From contig CAKKNE010000002.1 of NCBI GenBank assembly GCA_918797485.1, positions 3,906,001 through 3,970,000 of the forward strand: a DNA stretch of 64,000 nucleotides, given 5' to 3'. The DNA comes from Pelagomonas calceolata (Eukaryota). The notes beneath the pieces were generated by a model that was not told where the DNA came from, searched no databases, and saw nothing but the letters and a program-made list of their open reading frames with translations. Of this stretch, positions 19,973 through 29,336 are shown piece after piece; the first letter of the stretch is position 1; every line of letters begins with the position of its first letter. A program made the translations under genes and the position numbers.

Positions 19973-21748
19973 ATGGCCGGGGCAGCCTCATCGCCCAGCG
20001 CGCTGGCCGCCTGGACCTGCCCGCTGACCGGGCAGCTATTCGTGGAGCCGGTGCTCTACCTGGCCCCAAACGACGGCGCGGCGCAGATTTACGAGCGCGC
20101 GGCATTGGAACAGCAGCTCGCGTCGCTCGGCATCACCGGGGACGACCGCGGCCGCCTCGTGCCCGTGGAGGCCGTCCGGTTCGCCGTCGAGGCGGCGGTC
20201 GCGCGAGGTGAAGCGCCAGCCCCGGCGCGGGAAGCGTGGATCGGCGGCGCGCTCGCGGCGGCGGCGCGCGCTGCCCTGCAGACGCACGACCTCGGGTCCC
20301 TGCGGCGCGTCTGCGCCGCGGCGGCGGCCGCCGGCGACGCGCTCTCCAAGGATGGTGCGGCCCTTTTCGTCGAGGGCCTGCCCGCGGAGCTGCGGGACGA
20401 GGCGGAATCCATCCTGGATGCGAAGCAAGTCGACGTGACGCCGCTCCAGGCGCGCGCGCGCGGACGCATCGAACGGCGGCGCCACGCGGAGCGCATCGCC
20501 TTCGCTCTGCGCTGGAGCGCGCGCCGCGAGCGCCACACGACCACGCCGCGGTCGACGCGGCGCATCTCGTGGGACCCGGACCTGTCGCGCGAGGCGCCGT
20601 TCCCGTCGCCCCTGGCCGAGACGCCGCACCGCGACTGGCCGCTGCACGCGGCGACCTCGGCGCCGGCGTCGCCCGAAGCCGCGACGGAGACGCGCGGTCG
20701 CTTCCGCGTTTCAAGAGGCGCCGACGTCGTGCCGACGCCGCCGCCGACGCCGCCTCCGCCCCGCAAGCGGCCCTCCTGCGCCGCCACGCCGCCGGCGCCG
20801 CCCCGCGTGACGACGCCCCGCTCCCTGACACGCTTCCAGGCCGCGCGGCGCGCGGCCCAGGCGTCCGACAAGGCGGCATCGACGCTCCAGCGCGCCTGGA
20901 AGGCGCACCGGCCGGCCGCGCCCGAGCCCACCGAACCCACAGAGCCTTCGCCGCCGACGGGCCGCCGGGCGCGCACCTCGATGACGGGCCGGCCCGTCAC
21001 GCGCCGGACGCCGCGCAAGCGCGCGCCCGTCTGGGCCTCGCCGGACGGCGCCGAGGCCGCGGCCGCGGCGGCCGCCGGCCGCGCAGCGACTGCCGCTGCG
21101 ACTGCTCAAGCCGCGGCGCGGGAGGCCGCGACCGCCGCGGACGCCGCCGAGGCCATCGAAGAGATCGTGGGCGCCGTCCTCGACACGGTCGCGGACGAGC
21201 CCTCGGACGTCTCCGCGGACGCGCCCTCGGACGTGCCCTCGGACGCGTCGGACGCGCCCGTGGCGCCGCTCGCGGTGCCCGAGGAGCTCGACGCCGACGA
21301 GCCCGCGCCGGGGCCCGCGACGCCGCCGGCCCGCCCGGCCGGGGCCCCGCACGCCCGGCCGGCCAAGTCGCCGCGGCCCGACGGCGAGGAGGTCGCCGAC
21401 GTGAGCTACACGGAGTCCGAGCTCGCCGTGCTCTGCACGCCGGCCGCCGCGACGGCCTCGCGCGAGCTGGCGGCCGACTCCATCAGCGCTTCGCGCGAGA
21501 CGCCGCGGCCGCCGAGCGCGCGGCGGCCGCGGCGCGCTACGCCGCGCGCGCTCGCGAGCCCGCTGCGCTGCGCCACGAACGAGACCCCGAAGGTCGTCCC
21601 GGGGCCGAAGCCGGCGCTCCCGCCGCGGCCCAAGAAGATCTCGCCGCGCTGCGTCACCGCGTTCCCGCCCGCCGAATCGCCGCCGGCCGCCAAGGATTCC
21701 CTGCCCCTCGTCCTGCCCGGCGGCCGGAAATTGCCGCCCGTCGTTTAG
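19973..21748 (+). CDS. Degenerate U-box protein with IQ-like motif and Pro/Ala-rich tail
   Basis: WTCPLTGQLFVEPV...IYERAALEQ; AASTLQRAWKAHR; ATG 19973. Confidence 0.6.
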   Translation: MAGAASSPSALAAWTCPLTGQLFVEPVLYLAPNDGAAQIYERAALEQQLASLGITGDDRGRLVPVEAVRFAVEAAVARGEAPAPAREAWIGGALAAAARAALQTHDLGSLRRVCAAAAAAGDALSKDGAALFVEGLPAELRDEAESILDAKQVDVTPLQARARGRIERRRHAERIAFALRWSARRERHTTTPRSTRRISWDPDLSREAPFPSPLAETPHRDWPLHAATSAPASPEAATETRGRFRVSRGADVVPTPPPTPPPPRKRPSCAATPPAPPRVTTPRSLTRFQAARRAAQASDKAASTLQRAWKAHRPAAPEPTEPTEPSPPTGRRARTSMTGRPVTRRTPRKRAPVWASPDGAEAAAAAAAGRAATAAATAQAAAREAATAADAAEAIEEIVGAVLDTVADEPSDVSADAPSDVPSDASDAPVAPLAVPEELDADEPAPGPATPPARPAGAPHARPAKSPRPDGEEVADVSYTESELAVLCTPAAATASRELAADSISASRETPRPPSARRPRRATPRALASPLRCATNETPKVVPGPKPALPPRPKKISPRCVTAFPPAESPPAAKDSLPLVLPGGRKLPPVV

Positions 21749-21793
21749 AGTACGCCAAGCCTAAGTACTCCTCAACAACATTACACGCGGCTC

Positions 21794-23452
21794 CTAGACG
21801 CCGTCGTCGGTCCCGTCGTCGCTTCCGTCGTCGTCGACGCGCGCCCTCTTCGCGGAACCCTCGTGGAGGTCCTCGGCCTCGGCGAGCTCGGGGTACGCGC
21901 GCCGCTTCGGCCGCACCCACCGCACGGGCTCCGCCGGCGCGGGGTCGTTCGGGTCGCGCCAGTACTTGCGCTTCGGGGCGACGGGCTGGTCGGGGGCCTC
22001 CTTGAAGCCGTGGACGGGGATGTCCAGGACCGTCGGCGGGCGCAGCATCGCCACGTCGTCGTAGCGTCCCGTTCCCTCGATCAACCGGTAGCCCGTGATG
22101 TCCGGGAGGCCCGTCTCCGACGCCGCATTCGCGAAGAGCGTGCCCGGGTGGCGCCGCGACACGCAGAGCCGCGGCCCCGCCTCCTCGTCCGACTGCTGGG
22201 CGTGGACGTGGCCGAAGACGCAGAGCGACGGCGCCTTGTGTTGCGACAGGGCTTGGGCGAAGGCGTCGCAGCCGCAGCGCCGCTCGCGCTGCACGAGGTC
22301 CAGAATACCGTAGGGCGGTCCATGGGCCACCATAATCACACCTCGGTCACAGTCCGCCCGTTTGAGGAGCGAGTCCCACCTTTGTAAAGACTCGGCGTGG
22401 TCGTCGGGCCGGATGCCGTTGTGGCCTGACGCGCAGGGGATCTGATCTGCCTTAGTCTGCTGGTCCGTCAAGGGGATGAGCGGCGTCACGGGACTGCCGA
22501 TGACGCGTAGCTGCGCCGTGTTTCCACCAATGGTCTCCACATCAACATCGACGTGCGTCTCCCGCAAGACATGGATCTGACCAGGATAACTACCTTGGAG
22601 CAGCCGGACCACGGCGTCCGTCGCCTCTCTCGCCGTCCGGCCCCAGGGCCTTCTTCGTTCGGTCTGCCAGCGATGCGCTACTCGATCCATGGCGCCGCAC
22701 GAGTCGCATAAGTCATCATCACAAAGTAACCCGTCGTGGTTGCCGCCAATCACGATGATGTGACAGCGGGGCCGCGCGTCGATGATGTCTCTGAATAAAG
22801 TAGCCCAGGCCTCCACCGACGCCAATTCCTTCTCGTGGCCCGTTTCCAGTATGCCCTTGGCCCTCCGGTCGATGCCGCGGCCGCTCTCCGTCGCCAATTC
22901 ATCATTTTGCTCGAGGCCTAGGTCGCCGGCGAAGATGGCGAGCCCTATGTCGGCCGGCGCGTGGTCCCGGAACCACTCCGCCGTGTCGACCCTTCTCCGA
23001 TCTTCCCCGTCCCCCACGAAGTAGGCCTTGTCCCACTGGTGCCGGTGGAGATCGGCGAAGCAGGCGCACCTTATTTTCTGGTCGTCCTCGTGCGCGCTTT
23101 CGATTCTTAATTCATGGGTGGTCTCTAACTCATCATCCGTGTCCTCAAAGGTGTCGAAGTACGAGAACTTGGCCTTGCGCGCGAGGAGCGTGCCGGGCCT
23201 TGGGGGCGGTGGGGCAGGCGGCGCTTCCGGCGCCGGCGCGGGGCCGGCGTCCTGCGGCGCCTGCAGCGCTGCCGGCGCCTCCTGCTGTGACTCCGTCGCC
23301 ACTGGTGCGGCCGCTGGCGCCGCCGCCGTGGCCGGGGCGCGCCGCGGCGGCGGCAGTGAGTCCTGAGAGTCGGCTGTCAAATCTGTTACTGGAGGGCCCA
23401 TCAGCTCTACACTATCGTCATCATCCAGCGTAAGGTCTATTGCGGAGGCCAT
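21794..23452 (-). CDS. Calcineurin-like metallophosphoesterase (MPPED-like) with N-terminal SIM-like motifs
   Basis: ADLH, FAGD, GGNHD, AHGPPYG, VFGHVH motifs. Confidence 0.85.
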   Translation of the reverse strand: MASAIDLTLDDDDSVELMGPPVTDLTADSQDSLPPPRRAPATAAAPAAAPVATESQQEAPAALQAPQDAGPAPAPEAPPAPPPPRPGTLLARKAKFSYFDTFEDTDDELETTHELRIESAHEDDQKIRCACFADLHRHQWDKAYFVGDGEDRRRVDTAEWFRDHAPADIGLAIFAGDLGLEQNDELATESGRGIDRRAKGILETGHEKELASVEAWATLFRDIIDARPRCHIIVIGGNHDGLLCDDDLCDSCGAMDRVAHRWQTERRRPWGRTAREATDAVVRLLQGSYPGQIHVLRETHVDVDVETIGGNTAQLRVIGSPVTPLIPLTDQQTKADQIPCASGHNGIRPDDHAESLQRWDSLLKRADCDRGVIMVAHGPPYGILDLVQRERRCGCDAFAQALSQHKAPSLCVFGHVHAQQSDEEAGPRLCVSRRHPGTLFANAASETGLPDITGYRLIEGTGRYDDVAMLRPPTVLDIPVHGFKEAPDQPVAPKRKYWRDPNDPAPAEPVRWVRPKRRAYPELAEAEDLHEGSAKRARVDDDGSDDGTDDGV

Positions 23453-23526
23453 TTTGGGCTCAAAGTCAATGTGCGGCCGTACCCGCGGTTCCGCTCACCC
23501 GTCGAGCACGGTTCGGCTTTTGTGCG

Positions 23527-23550
23527 GCTAGTGTCTTACATGCCGCTAGG
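23527..23550 (+). promoter_or_regulatory. Recurrent bipartite CTAG motif (divergent spacer)
   Basis: GCTAGTGTCTTACATGCCGCTAGG. Confidence 0.7.
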
Positions 23551-23610
23551 TCGAGCAATTGGACTAGGCCAGAGTCTGGCGACAGCGATCAAATTTTTAC
23601 GATCTAAATA

Positions 23611-24920
23611 ATGGTGGTTGTTCACCCTCATTTCCAACTGTTTCTGTACGTGTTTACCTTAGTCGCCGCGGTATGCTTAGGCCTCCTCTTTGTCAAGCAA
23701 AAAGGAGTAGCAGACGCGGCGGACACCCCGTCGACGTATCAGGTCGGCGCGAGGGTCGAGCTGGTCGGCCTGAGGAAAGCTTTGCTTAATGGCGCGACGG
23801 GTCATGTGGTCAAGGAGCTCGACGAGGGCACCGGTCGTATCGCCGTCAAACTCATCTCAGGGCGCGAGGTTGCGATCAAGCCAGAGAACCTCAAGGCCGC
23901 CGACCTCGACCAGATTTTGGAGAACCAGAGTCACGTGGACAAAAAATATAACGAGGCCGTCGCGGTCGCGGTCGAGGCGTGCGCCGAGGACACGAAGGGG
24001 CAGATGTGCTACATCTGCATGGACGGCGCGGCCAAGGAGGCCTCGTGCGCGGGTGCGCGTGCCGCGGCGGGAACGGTTTTGTGCACGTGTCGTGCCTGGC
24101 GCGGCAGGCGAAGGTTTTGGTCGCGGAGGCCGAGGAGAAAAATTTGGGCCCCAAGGTGTGTAGTGAGAGGTGGGCGAGGTGGCAGTCGTGTCGCCTGTGC
24201 GAGCAAGATTACCACGGCGTCGTGGCGGGCGCCCTCGGGTGGGCGTGCTGGAAGACGTACGTAGGTCGGCATGAGATGGAAACGGCTCGGCAATTGGCGA
24301 TGAGCTCGCTTGGGACCGGCTTGTTCGCCGCAGACCACCGCGAGGACGCTTTGTCCGTGTACGAGGCGAACTTGTCTATACTACGGCGCGTTGGCGCAGA
24401 TGAAGAGAGCATGCTCAACGTGCAGGGCAATCTTGCGTGCACGTATCACAGACTAGGACGCCTTGAAGAGGCAAAAAGTATGCGGCGAGACTGCTACTCT
24501 GGGTGGTTGAAGCTTAAGGGTGCGGAACACCCATCAACCCTCTTCGCAGCCAACTTCTACGCGACGTTGCTAAACGTAGTTGAAGCCAAGGCACTGTTGT
24601 GCAAAATTATACCCGTGGCGCGACGCGTCCTCGGCGATTCAGATGATCTCACGCTCAAGATGCGATGGGTTTACAGTCAGGCACTCTACGGTGACCCCGG
24701 CGCCTCGCTCGACGATCTCCGCGAGGCCGTGACGACACTCGAGGACACTGCACGCATCGCGCGGCGCGTGCTCGGTGGCGAGCACCCGCTCACAACGGGA
24801 GTTGAGAAAACTCTAGGAAAGTCGCGGGCAGCGTATGATGCGCGTCGGGGCGTTTTAGAGGCTCTAGCTGGAGGCCACGGCGTCGACCTGGCAGCTCTAA
24901 GACAGACCTATCGCGCCTAA
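23611..24920 (+). pseudogene. RING-CH (RINGv) + TPR-like protein with a frameshift near 24040 (pseudogene or sequence error)
   Basis: Frame 1 ends CYICMDGAAKE; the other frame continues GLVRGCACRGGNGFVHVSCL and kinesin-light-chain-like RRVLGxxHP repeats; one extra G in AAGGAGGCCTC would join them. Confidence 0.75.
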
Positions 24921-24933
24921 GGAGAATCAAATA

Positions 24934-26154
24934 TTAAGCCTTCCCCCGCTTCAAGTCCTCCCGCCGCGACGCCTCCTGGATGTCGATCTTCGCCTGGCTT
25001 TGCGCGGCGATGCCCCGGATGCCTTTATCCGAGGCGTTGAACTTCGGCAGCCAGTGGTCCTTGAACCAGGCGATGGTCTCGGCCCAGCCCTGTTCGTAGG
25101 GAATGATCGGCTCGAAGCCGAGGTCGCGCTCCGCATTCACAATGTCGAACCACCGGTGCATCGTCAATACTCTAACGTTGAACGGGTTCAGCTTGATTGT
25201 TGTACGTAGCACAATCTCGAGGCCTCGACAGACATAAGCTAAGGGCGTTAGAAACCACGTCGCCAAATGAGTTTTATCCCACAACGACGTAAAGCCCATG
25301 CCCACCACGGCTTTATCTAACTCTTTCCAGAAGATGAGGTACTGTTCGTCGTTCGGGTGGGTCCTACCATCTGTCGTGATGTAGAACTTTCCCAGAGCTG
25401 GCGAGTTTTTCTTGAGGGCCCGTTCGGCAATAATTAACCCGTGGCAGTAGTTGTCGACGTGCGTGAAGCAAATTCTATTAAATCCCTTGCCGAAGACGCG
25501 TAAGCGGCCCGTCCCCGCCGCCTCCAATAAATTCGGCAGGAATAAATTATCTCTCGGACCATACACCTGGTGCGGCGCGACACTCACCGTCATCAACTCG
25601 TCACAACAGGCTGCTCTTACCGCAAGTTCCGCCCGAGCCTTCGTCGCGGCGTACTCCTGGAGGTAGGATTTGAGCGGTAACGAGGGCATCTCGTCCTCCC
25701 TCAACCCGTCGACGTCGGCGCCCGTGAACCGCGTCGACGGCGACGACGAAAAGACGAGCTTCGGCACGCCGTGCTTCCGGCACGCATCCAAGACATTCAG
25801 CGTGCCCTCGTAGTTGACGCGCGTGTAGAGAGGCGTCGGGTGGAAGGGTCCGACCGCTGCGGCGTTGTGCCAGACGCAGTCGGCGCCTTTTATCGCCGCG
25901 GAGACGCCCTCTTTATCGGTCACGTCGCAGACGCGCCAGTCGATGGCCGGGTGCTGCCACGCGTCCTTGGGCGGCGGCACGATGTCGAGGGAGATGACCT
26001 TTTTGGCCCCTCGCTCGACTAACATCTCAACGAGCCGTTGCCCGACGAAGCCCGTGCCGCCGGTAACGACGCATACGTTCGGTACGGGCGGCCTTGGTTT
26101 GCTGGATGCCGCCTTTTGTAATGGGGACGACTGGGGCGCGAGGAGCGGGGCCAT
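24934..26154 (-). CDS. NSDHL: 3-beta-hydroxysteroid dehydrogenase / sterol-4alpha-carboxylate 3-dehydrogenase (NSDHL/ERG26-like)
   Basis: VTGGTGFVG, VNYEGT, YAATK catalytic motif, VYGPRD, FTHVDN; ATG 26154. Confidence 0.8.
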   Translation of the reverse strand: MAPLLAPQSSPLQKAASSKPRPPVPNVCVVTGGTGFVGQRLVEMLVERGAKKVISLDIVPPPKDAWQHPAIDWRVCDVTDKEGVSAAIKGADCVWHNAAAVGPFHPTPLYTRVNYEGTLNVLDACRKHGVPKLVFSSSPSTRFTGADVDGLREDEMPSLPLKSYLQEYAATKARAELAVRAACCDELMTVSVAPHQVYGPRDNLFLPNLLEAAGTGRLRVFGKGFNRICFTHVDNYCHGLIIAERALKKNSPALGKFYITTDGRTHPNDEQYLIFWKELDKAVVGMGFTSLWDKTHLATWFLTPLAYVCRGLEIVLRTTIKLNPFNVRVLTMHRWFDIVNAERDLGFEPIIPYEQGWAETIAWFKDHWLPKFNASDKGIRGIAAQSQAKIDIQEASRREDLKRGKA

Positions 26155-26593
26155 GGCTGAGACCGTGGCGAGGAGTGCTAATGAGCGCGCCGTTCTTGCA
26201 GCGGTTTTGCGACGGCTGGGGCGCGGCTGCTTTTTTGAACAGCTCACAAGTGTTCGCAGAGCAGCGTATGCCGCGCACGGCTGCAAAAACACACGCTGAC
26301 AAGGCCAATCGCAGTACCTTATCTTATCTCTATACCTTGTACGTATATATGATACGAGACTTACAGCTCGATGGCGTCGGCCGATGTTGAACGACGCTTG
26401 CCGAAGATGCGTCCGAGGCCGCCCCAGGCGCCCCAGGGCACCGCGCGCACGGCGTCGGCCGCGACGAAGTCTTTCCCGGGGGACGTCTTAAGTGAGTGGA
26501 GTGCCTTAGCGCACGGGGAGGGGAAAGGGAAGAATCAGACGACGGCGCGCGCGCACGCGGCCCGGTGCGTGCCGATCACGCGCGTCAGGGCCA

Positions 26594-27151
26594 TTACCAC
26601 GCCGGCATCAAAGCCGGGGCCGCGCGGCAGCGCCGGGGGAGCGCGCGCGACGGCGGGTGCCACTCCGCCTCATGCAGGCACCGCGCGAGCGCGGCGTCGT
26701 TTTCCTCCTGGCGCCGCCGCCGCGCGAGCGCGTCGTCGTCGTCGCCGTCAGACTCTGACCAGTCGTCGTCGCTGCTGTCTGACCTCGGCCGCTTCGGCGC
26801 GGGCGCGGCGGCGTTGTCGTCGCTGAGTTCGGCCTCTTCTTCTTCCGCCGGCGCCGGAGCAGGCGGCGCGGGCGGCGCCGCGGCGGGCGCGGCCTCTTGA
26901 GCCGGCTGCGGGCCGGGCGACGGCGGCGACGGCGGCCGCGGGGCTTCCTCGCCTTCTCCTTTGAGCTCGCGCCAGGCCGCGAGGAAGCGCGCGCGCGAGA
27001 CCGGCGCCCACGCTTCGAGATTTAAATGCTCGGAGAGCATATGATCAGAGAGCCACCGCAAATCCTCTAGCGACTCGACTACCGCTCTCACCTCGGCGCG
27101 CCGGGCGTCCGTGCCGACGTTCGTCAGTAGCCACGAGTCTAAGTCGGCCAT
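26594..27151 (-). CDS. Hypothetical acidic/Pro-rich protein; 3' end uncertain (possible further exon to ~26360)
   Basis: ATG 27151 MADLDSWLL, GC3-biased; a coding-like frame ALHSLKTSPGKDF...IEL* follows a pyrimidine tract and AG near 26505. Confidence 0.5.
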   Translation of the reverse strand: MADLDSWLLTNVGTDARRAEVRAVVESLEDLRWLSDHMLSEHLNLEAWAPVSRARFLAAWRELKGEGEEAPRPPSPPSPGPQPAQEAAPAAAPPAPPAPAPAEEEEAELSDDNAAAPAPKRPRSDSSDDDWSESDGDDDDALARRRRQEENDAALARCLHEAEWHPPSRALPRRCRAAPALMPAW

Positions 27152-27178
27152 TTTGCCCAGGCAAAAGTTGGCGCCCAA

Positions 27179-27202
27179 GCTAGCGGCCTGTAACACACTA
27201 GC
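27179..27202 (-). promoter_or_regulatory. Recurrent bipartite CTAG motif (divergent spacer)
   Basis: Reverse complement GCTAGTGTGTTACAGGCCGCTAGC. Confidence 0.7.
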
Positions 27203-27326
27203 AATCACGAGGAGCTCGCATAAAAATCGCAGCAGTGCCTTAGCCGAGGTCTGCCACGCCTCCAAGGACGCAGAGAAAGACTCCGAGCAGCCCACCGCTC
27301 GCTCCCAGCGAAGAGCCGCCAGCGCT

Positions 27327-28274
27327 ATGGGCATCCGCGACTGGAAGTCCTGGCTGAGGCGCGACGACCCGCGCGAAGAGGCGACGGAGGAACTCGTCCA
27401 GGCCCTGCCCGGGTCGAAGTCCGCCGCGGAAGATTTCTCGTTGGTGGACGTGCCGATCCAGGGCGGCACGCTCCGCGTTTTTTTGCCGTCGCGTTTCCCA
27501 CACGACAAGCCGACGCTGCAACTGCTGCAGCCGACGCGCCACGAGTTTGTGGATCGATATAATCAAGTGAAGTACCCCGGGTTAGACAACTGGTCCCACA
27601 AGACGGACATTGTTAGCGTGGTCCGGGAGGTCGTCGAGGCGCTGCACAAGCCGACCGCGGCGCCCGCCGTGGAGACGAGGCCGAGTTTGGAACGGCCGCC
27701 TTCCGATAGATCGATCCAGGCGCCGGCCGTGCCCGACCGCATCGATGCGGTGGAAGCGATGTCCACGAAGGAACTGCGCTGTTTGGATGAAGACGGCGTC
27801 CGGGACCTCGTCGAAGCGCTCCCGCAAGTGACGGTCATGTCCCAGATGCTCGCGGACCTACGAAACACAAACCTCGAAAGCGCGGAGCGCGTCCGCGCCC
27901 AGCGCGAGGCCGCCTCGATCAAGGACGCGGAGGCGCAGGCGCTACGCATGCGCCTCGCGGACGACGCGGCGGCCTACGAGGCCCTGCTCGCGCGCGCCAG
28001 GACCCTGGAGCCCGCCGACGCGCTGGCCGAGGCCGCGCGGGCCTACGAGGCGCGCGCGCGCGAGTGCGACCAGACGTCCCTCGCGGTCCTCGACCGCTGG
28101 CAGGACGGGAAGTGCGACCGGCCGACGTTTTTGGAGGAGTACGTCGAGGCGCGCGCGGCGCACCACGAGGCCCGCGTCCTGGCGAAGCTCGCGGAGATAA
28201 AAAGGACGCGGCCGCCCCTGACGCGCGAGTCGCCGCGGCCACCGCTGCCGCCGCGGACGCGGTCGTACGGGTAA
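27327..28274 (+). CDS. VPS37: ESCRT-I subunit VPS37-like (UEV-like N-terminus + Mod(r) domain)
   Basis: LRVFLPSRFPHDKP UEV-like segment; coiled coil; FLEEYVEARAAHH Mod_r signature. Confidence 0.8.
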   Translation: MGIRDWKSWLRRDDPREEATEELVQALPGSKSAAEDFSLVDVPIQGGTLRVFLPSRFPHDKPTLQLLQPTRHEFVDRYNQVKYPGLDNWSHKTDIVSVVREVVEALHKPTAAPAVETRPSLERPPSDRSIQAPAVPDRIDAVEAMSTKELRCLDEDGVRDLVEALPQVTVMSQMLADLRNTNLESAERVRAQREAASIKDAEAQALRMRLADDAAAYEALLARARTLEPADALAEAARAYEARARECDQTSLAVLDRWQDGKCDRPTFLEEYVEARAAHHEARVLAKLAEIKRTRPPLTRESPRPPLPPRTRSYG

Positions 28275-28290
28275 GTAGATATTTAGATTT

Positions 28291-28730
28291 CTAAGAGGCG
28301 TGCCCGCCGCGCCGCTCGAGTTCCTCGACGATCATTGCCCTCAGAGCGTGGTTCGGTATGAGCTGGAGCGACGCCAGCGGCTCGTTGGTGGTGGGAGATG
28401 TGCGCGCACCAGTAGCAAACCATTGATCTATCGCGCAGCGCTGCGCGGGGCGGGGCGTCAACGACCGATCGATGCACGCGAGACGGGACGCGGGCGACGA
28501 ACCTCGTACGTATGCCCATCCGCGGCCATGCACGGATCGCTCATCACTTCGGTTGTGATACAGCAATAAAATTTCGAGGGCAACTCGTCGCGCCCTATCT
28601 GCAGCCGCGCTATCTCTGCCCGGTGCGCGCGCAATGTCTCCTCTAGCACGCTCTGATGCTTTGCCACGTCGAGTAAGTCGTCCGTCACGAGCTTCTTCGC
28701 CTTCCCGCGAGCGGCCGAGGAGCCGGTCAT
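28291..28730 (-). CDS. Small U-box protein, 2 exons (GT-AG intron 28441-28502)
   Basis: PSKFYCCITTEVMSDPCMAADGHTYE|RCAIDQWF...TSPTTNEPL...LIPNHALRAMI after splicing. Confidence 0.85.
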
Positions 28731-29246
28731 TCCGATTCTGACTGCTCGACCACGTACCAAGGAGCGTGGAGCGGCTGGTTGAAGGAGTTTGTGCTGTAAA
28801 ACATACGGTACATATCCGTCACTTTGGACACTTTCCAATTGTCAAGCGGCTGGTTGAAGGATGTTGCATCTTGAAACATATATGCCATGATCGTCACATT
28901 GGACACGTTCCACTTGTTGAGCGGCTGGTTGAAGGAGCGTGCGCCACTAAACATACAATGCATATCAGTAACATTGGACACGTCCCAATTATTGAGCGGC
29001 TGGTTGAAGGAGCTTGCGTGGTCAAATATACCAGCCATCAAACATATAACTACACAACTAAAAAAAGTATCTAGTGTATATTTATCTTTTACTAGTAAAT
29101 TAGAAAATCTAATTAGTGGTACCAAGGAGCGTGGAGCGGCTGGTTGAAGGAGGTTGCGTCCGCAAACATATAATTCATATTCTGTCCAATGTGACGAATA
29201 TGAGATGGATGTTTGCAGACGCACACTCCTTCAACCAGCCGCTCAA
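28731..29246. other. AT-rich foreign-looking insert of DUF285 (BspA-like, FNQPLNxWxVSNVTxM) repeat fragments
   Basis: Four FNQPL units on - (28727-29037), a second C-terminal fragment on - (29113-29182), one unit on + (29185-29246); sharp GC drop relative to the flanks. Confidence 0.88.
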
Positions 29247-29336
29247 CATGGCGCGCGCGAAACGCCACCGTCGGGGGGTGCATAAAGATCCTTTCGCCGG
29301 AGCACGCCAGTCCACAATAGCTAGGGTTAAACAAAC

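Noticed and set aside
19664..22005. Long antisense or alternative-frame Arg/Ala/Pro-rich ORFs here and throughout the window
   Set aside because: Expected shadow ORFs in very high-GC coding DNA
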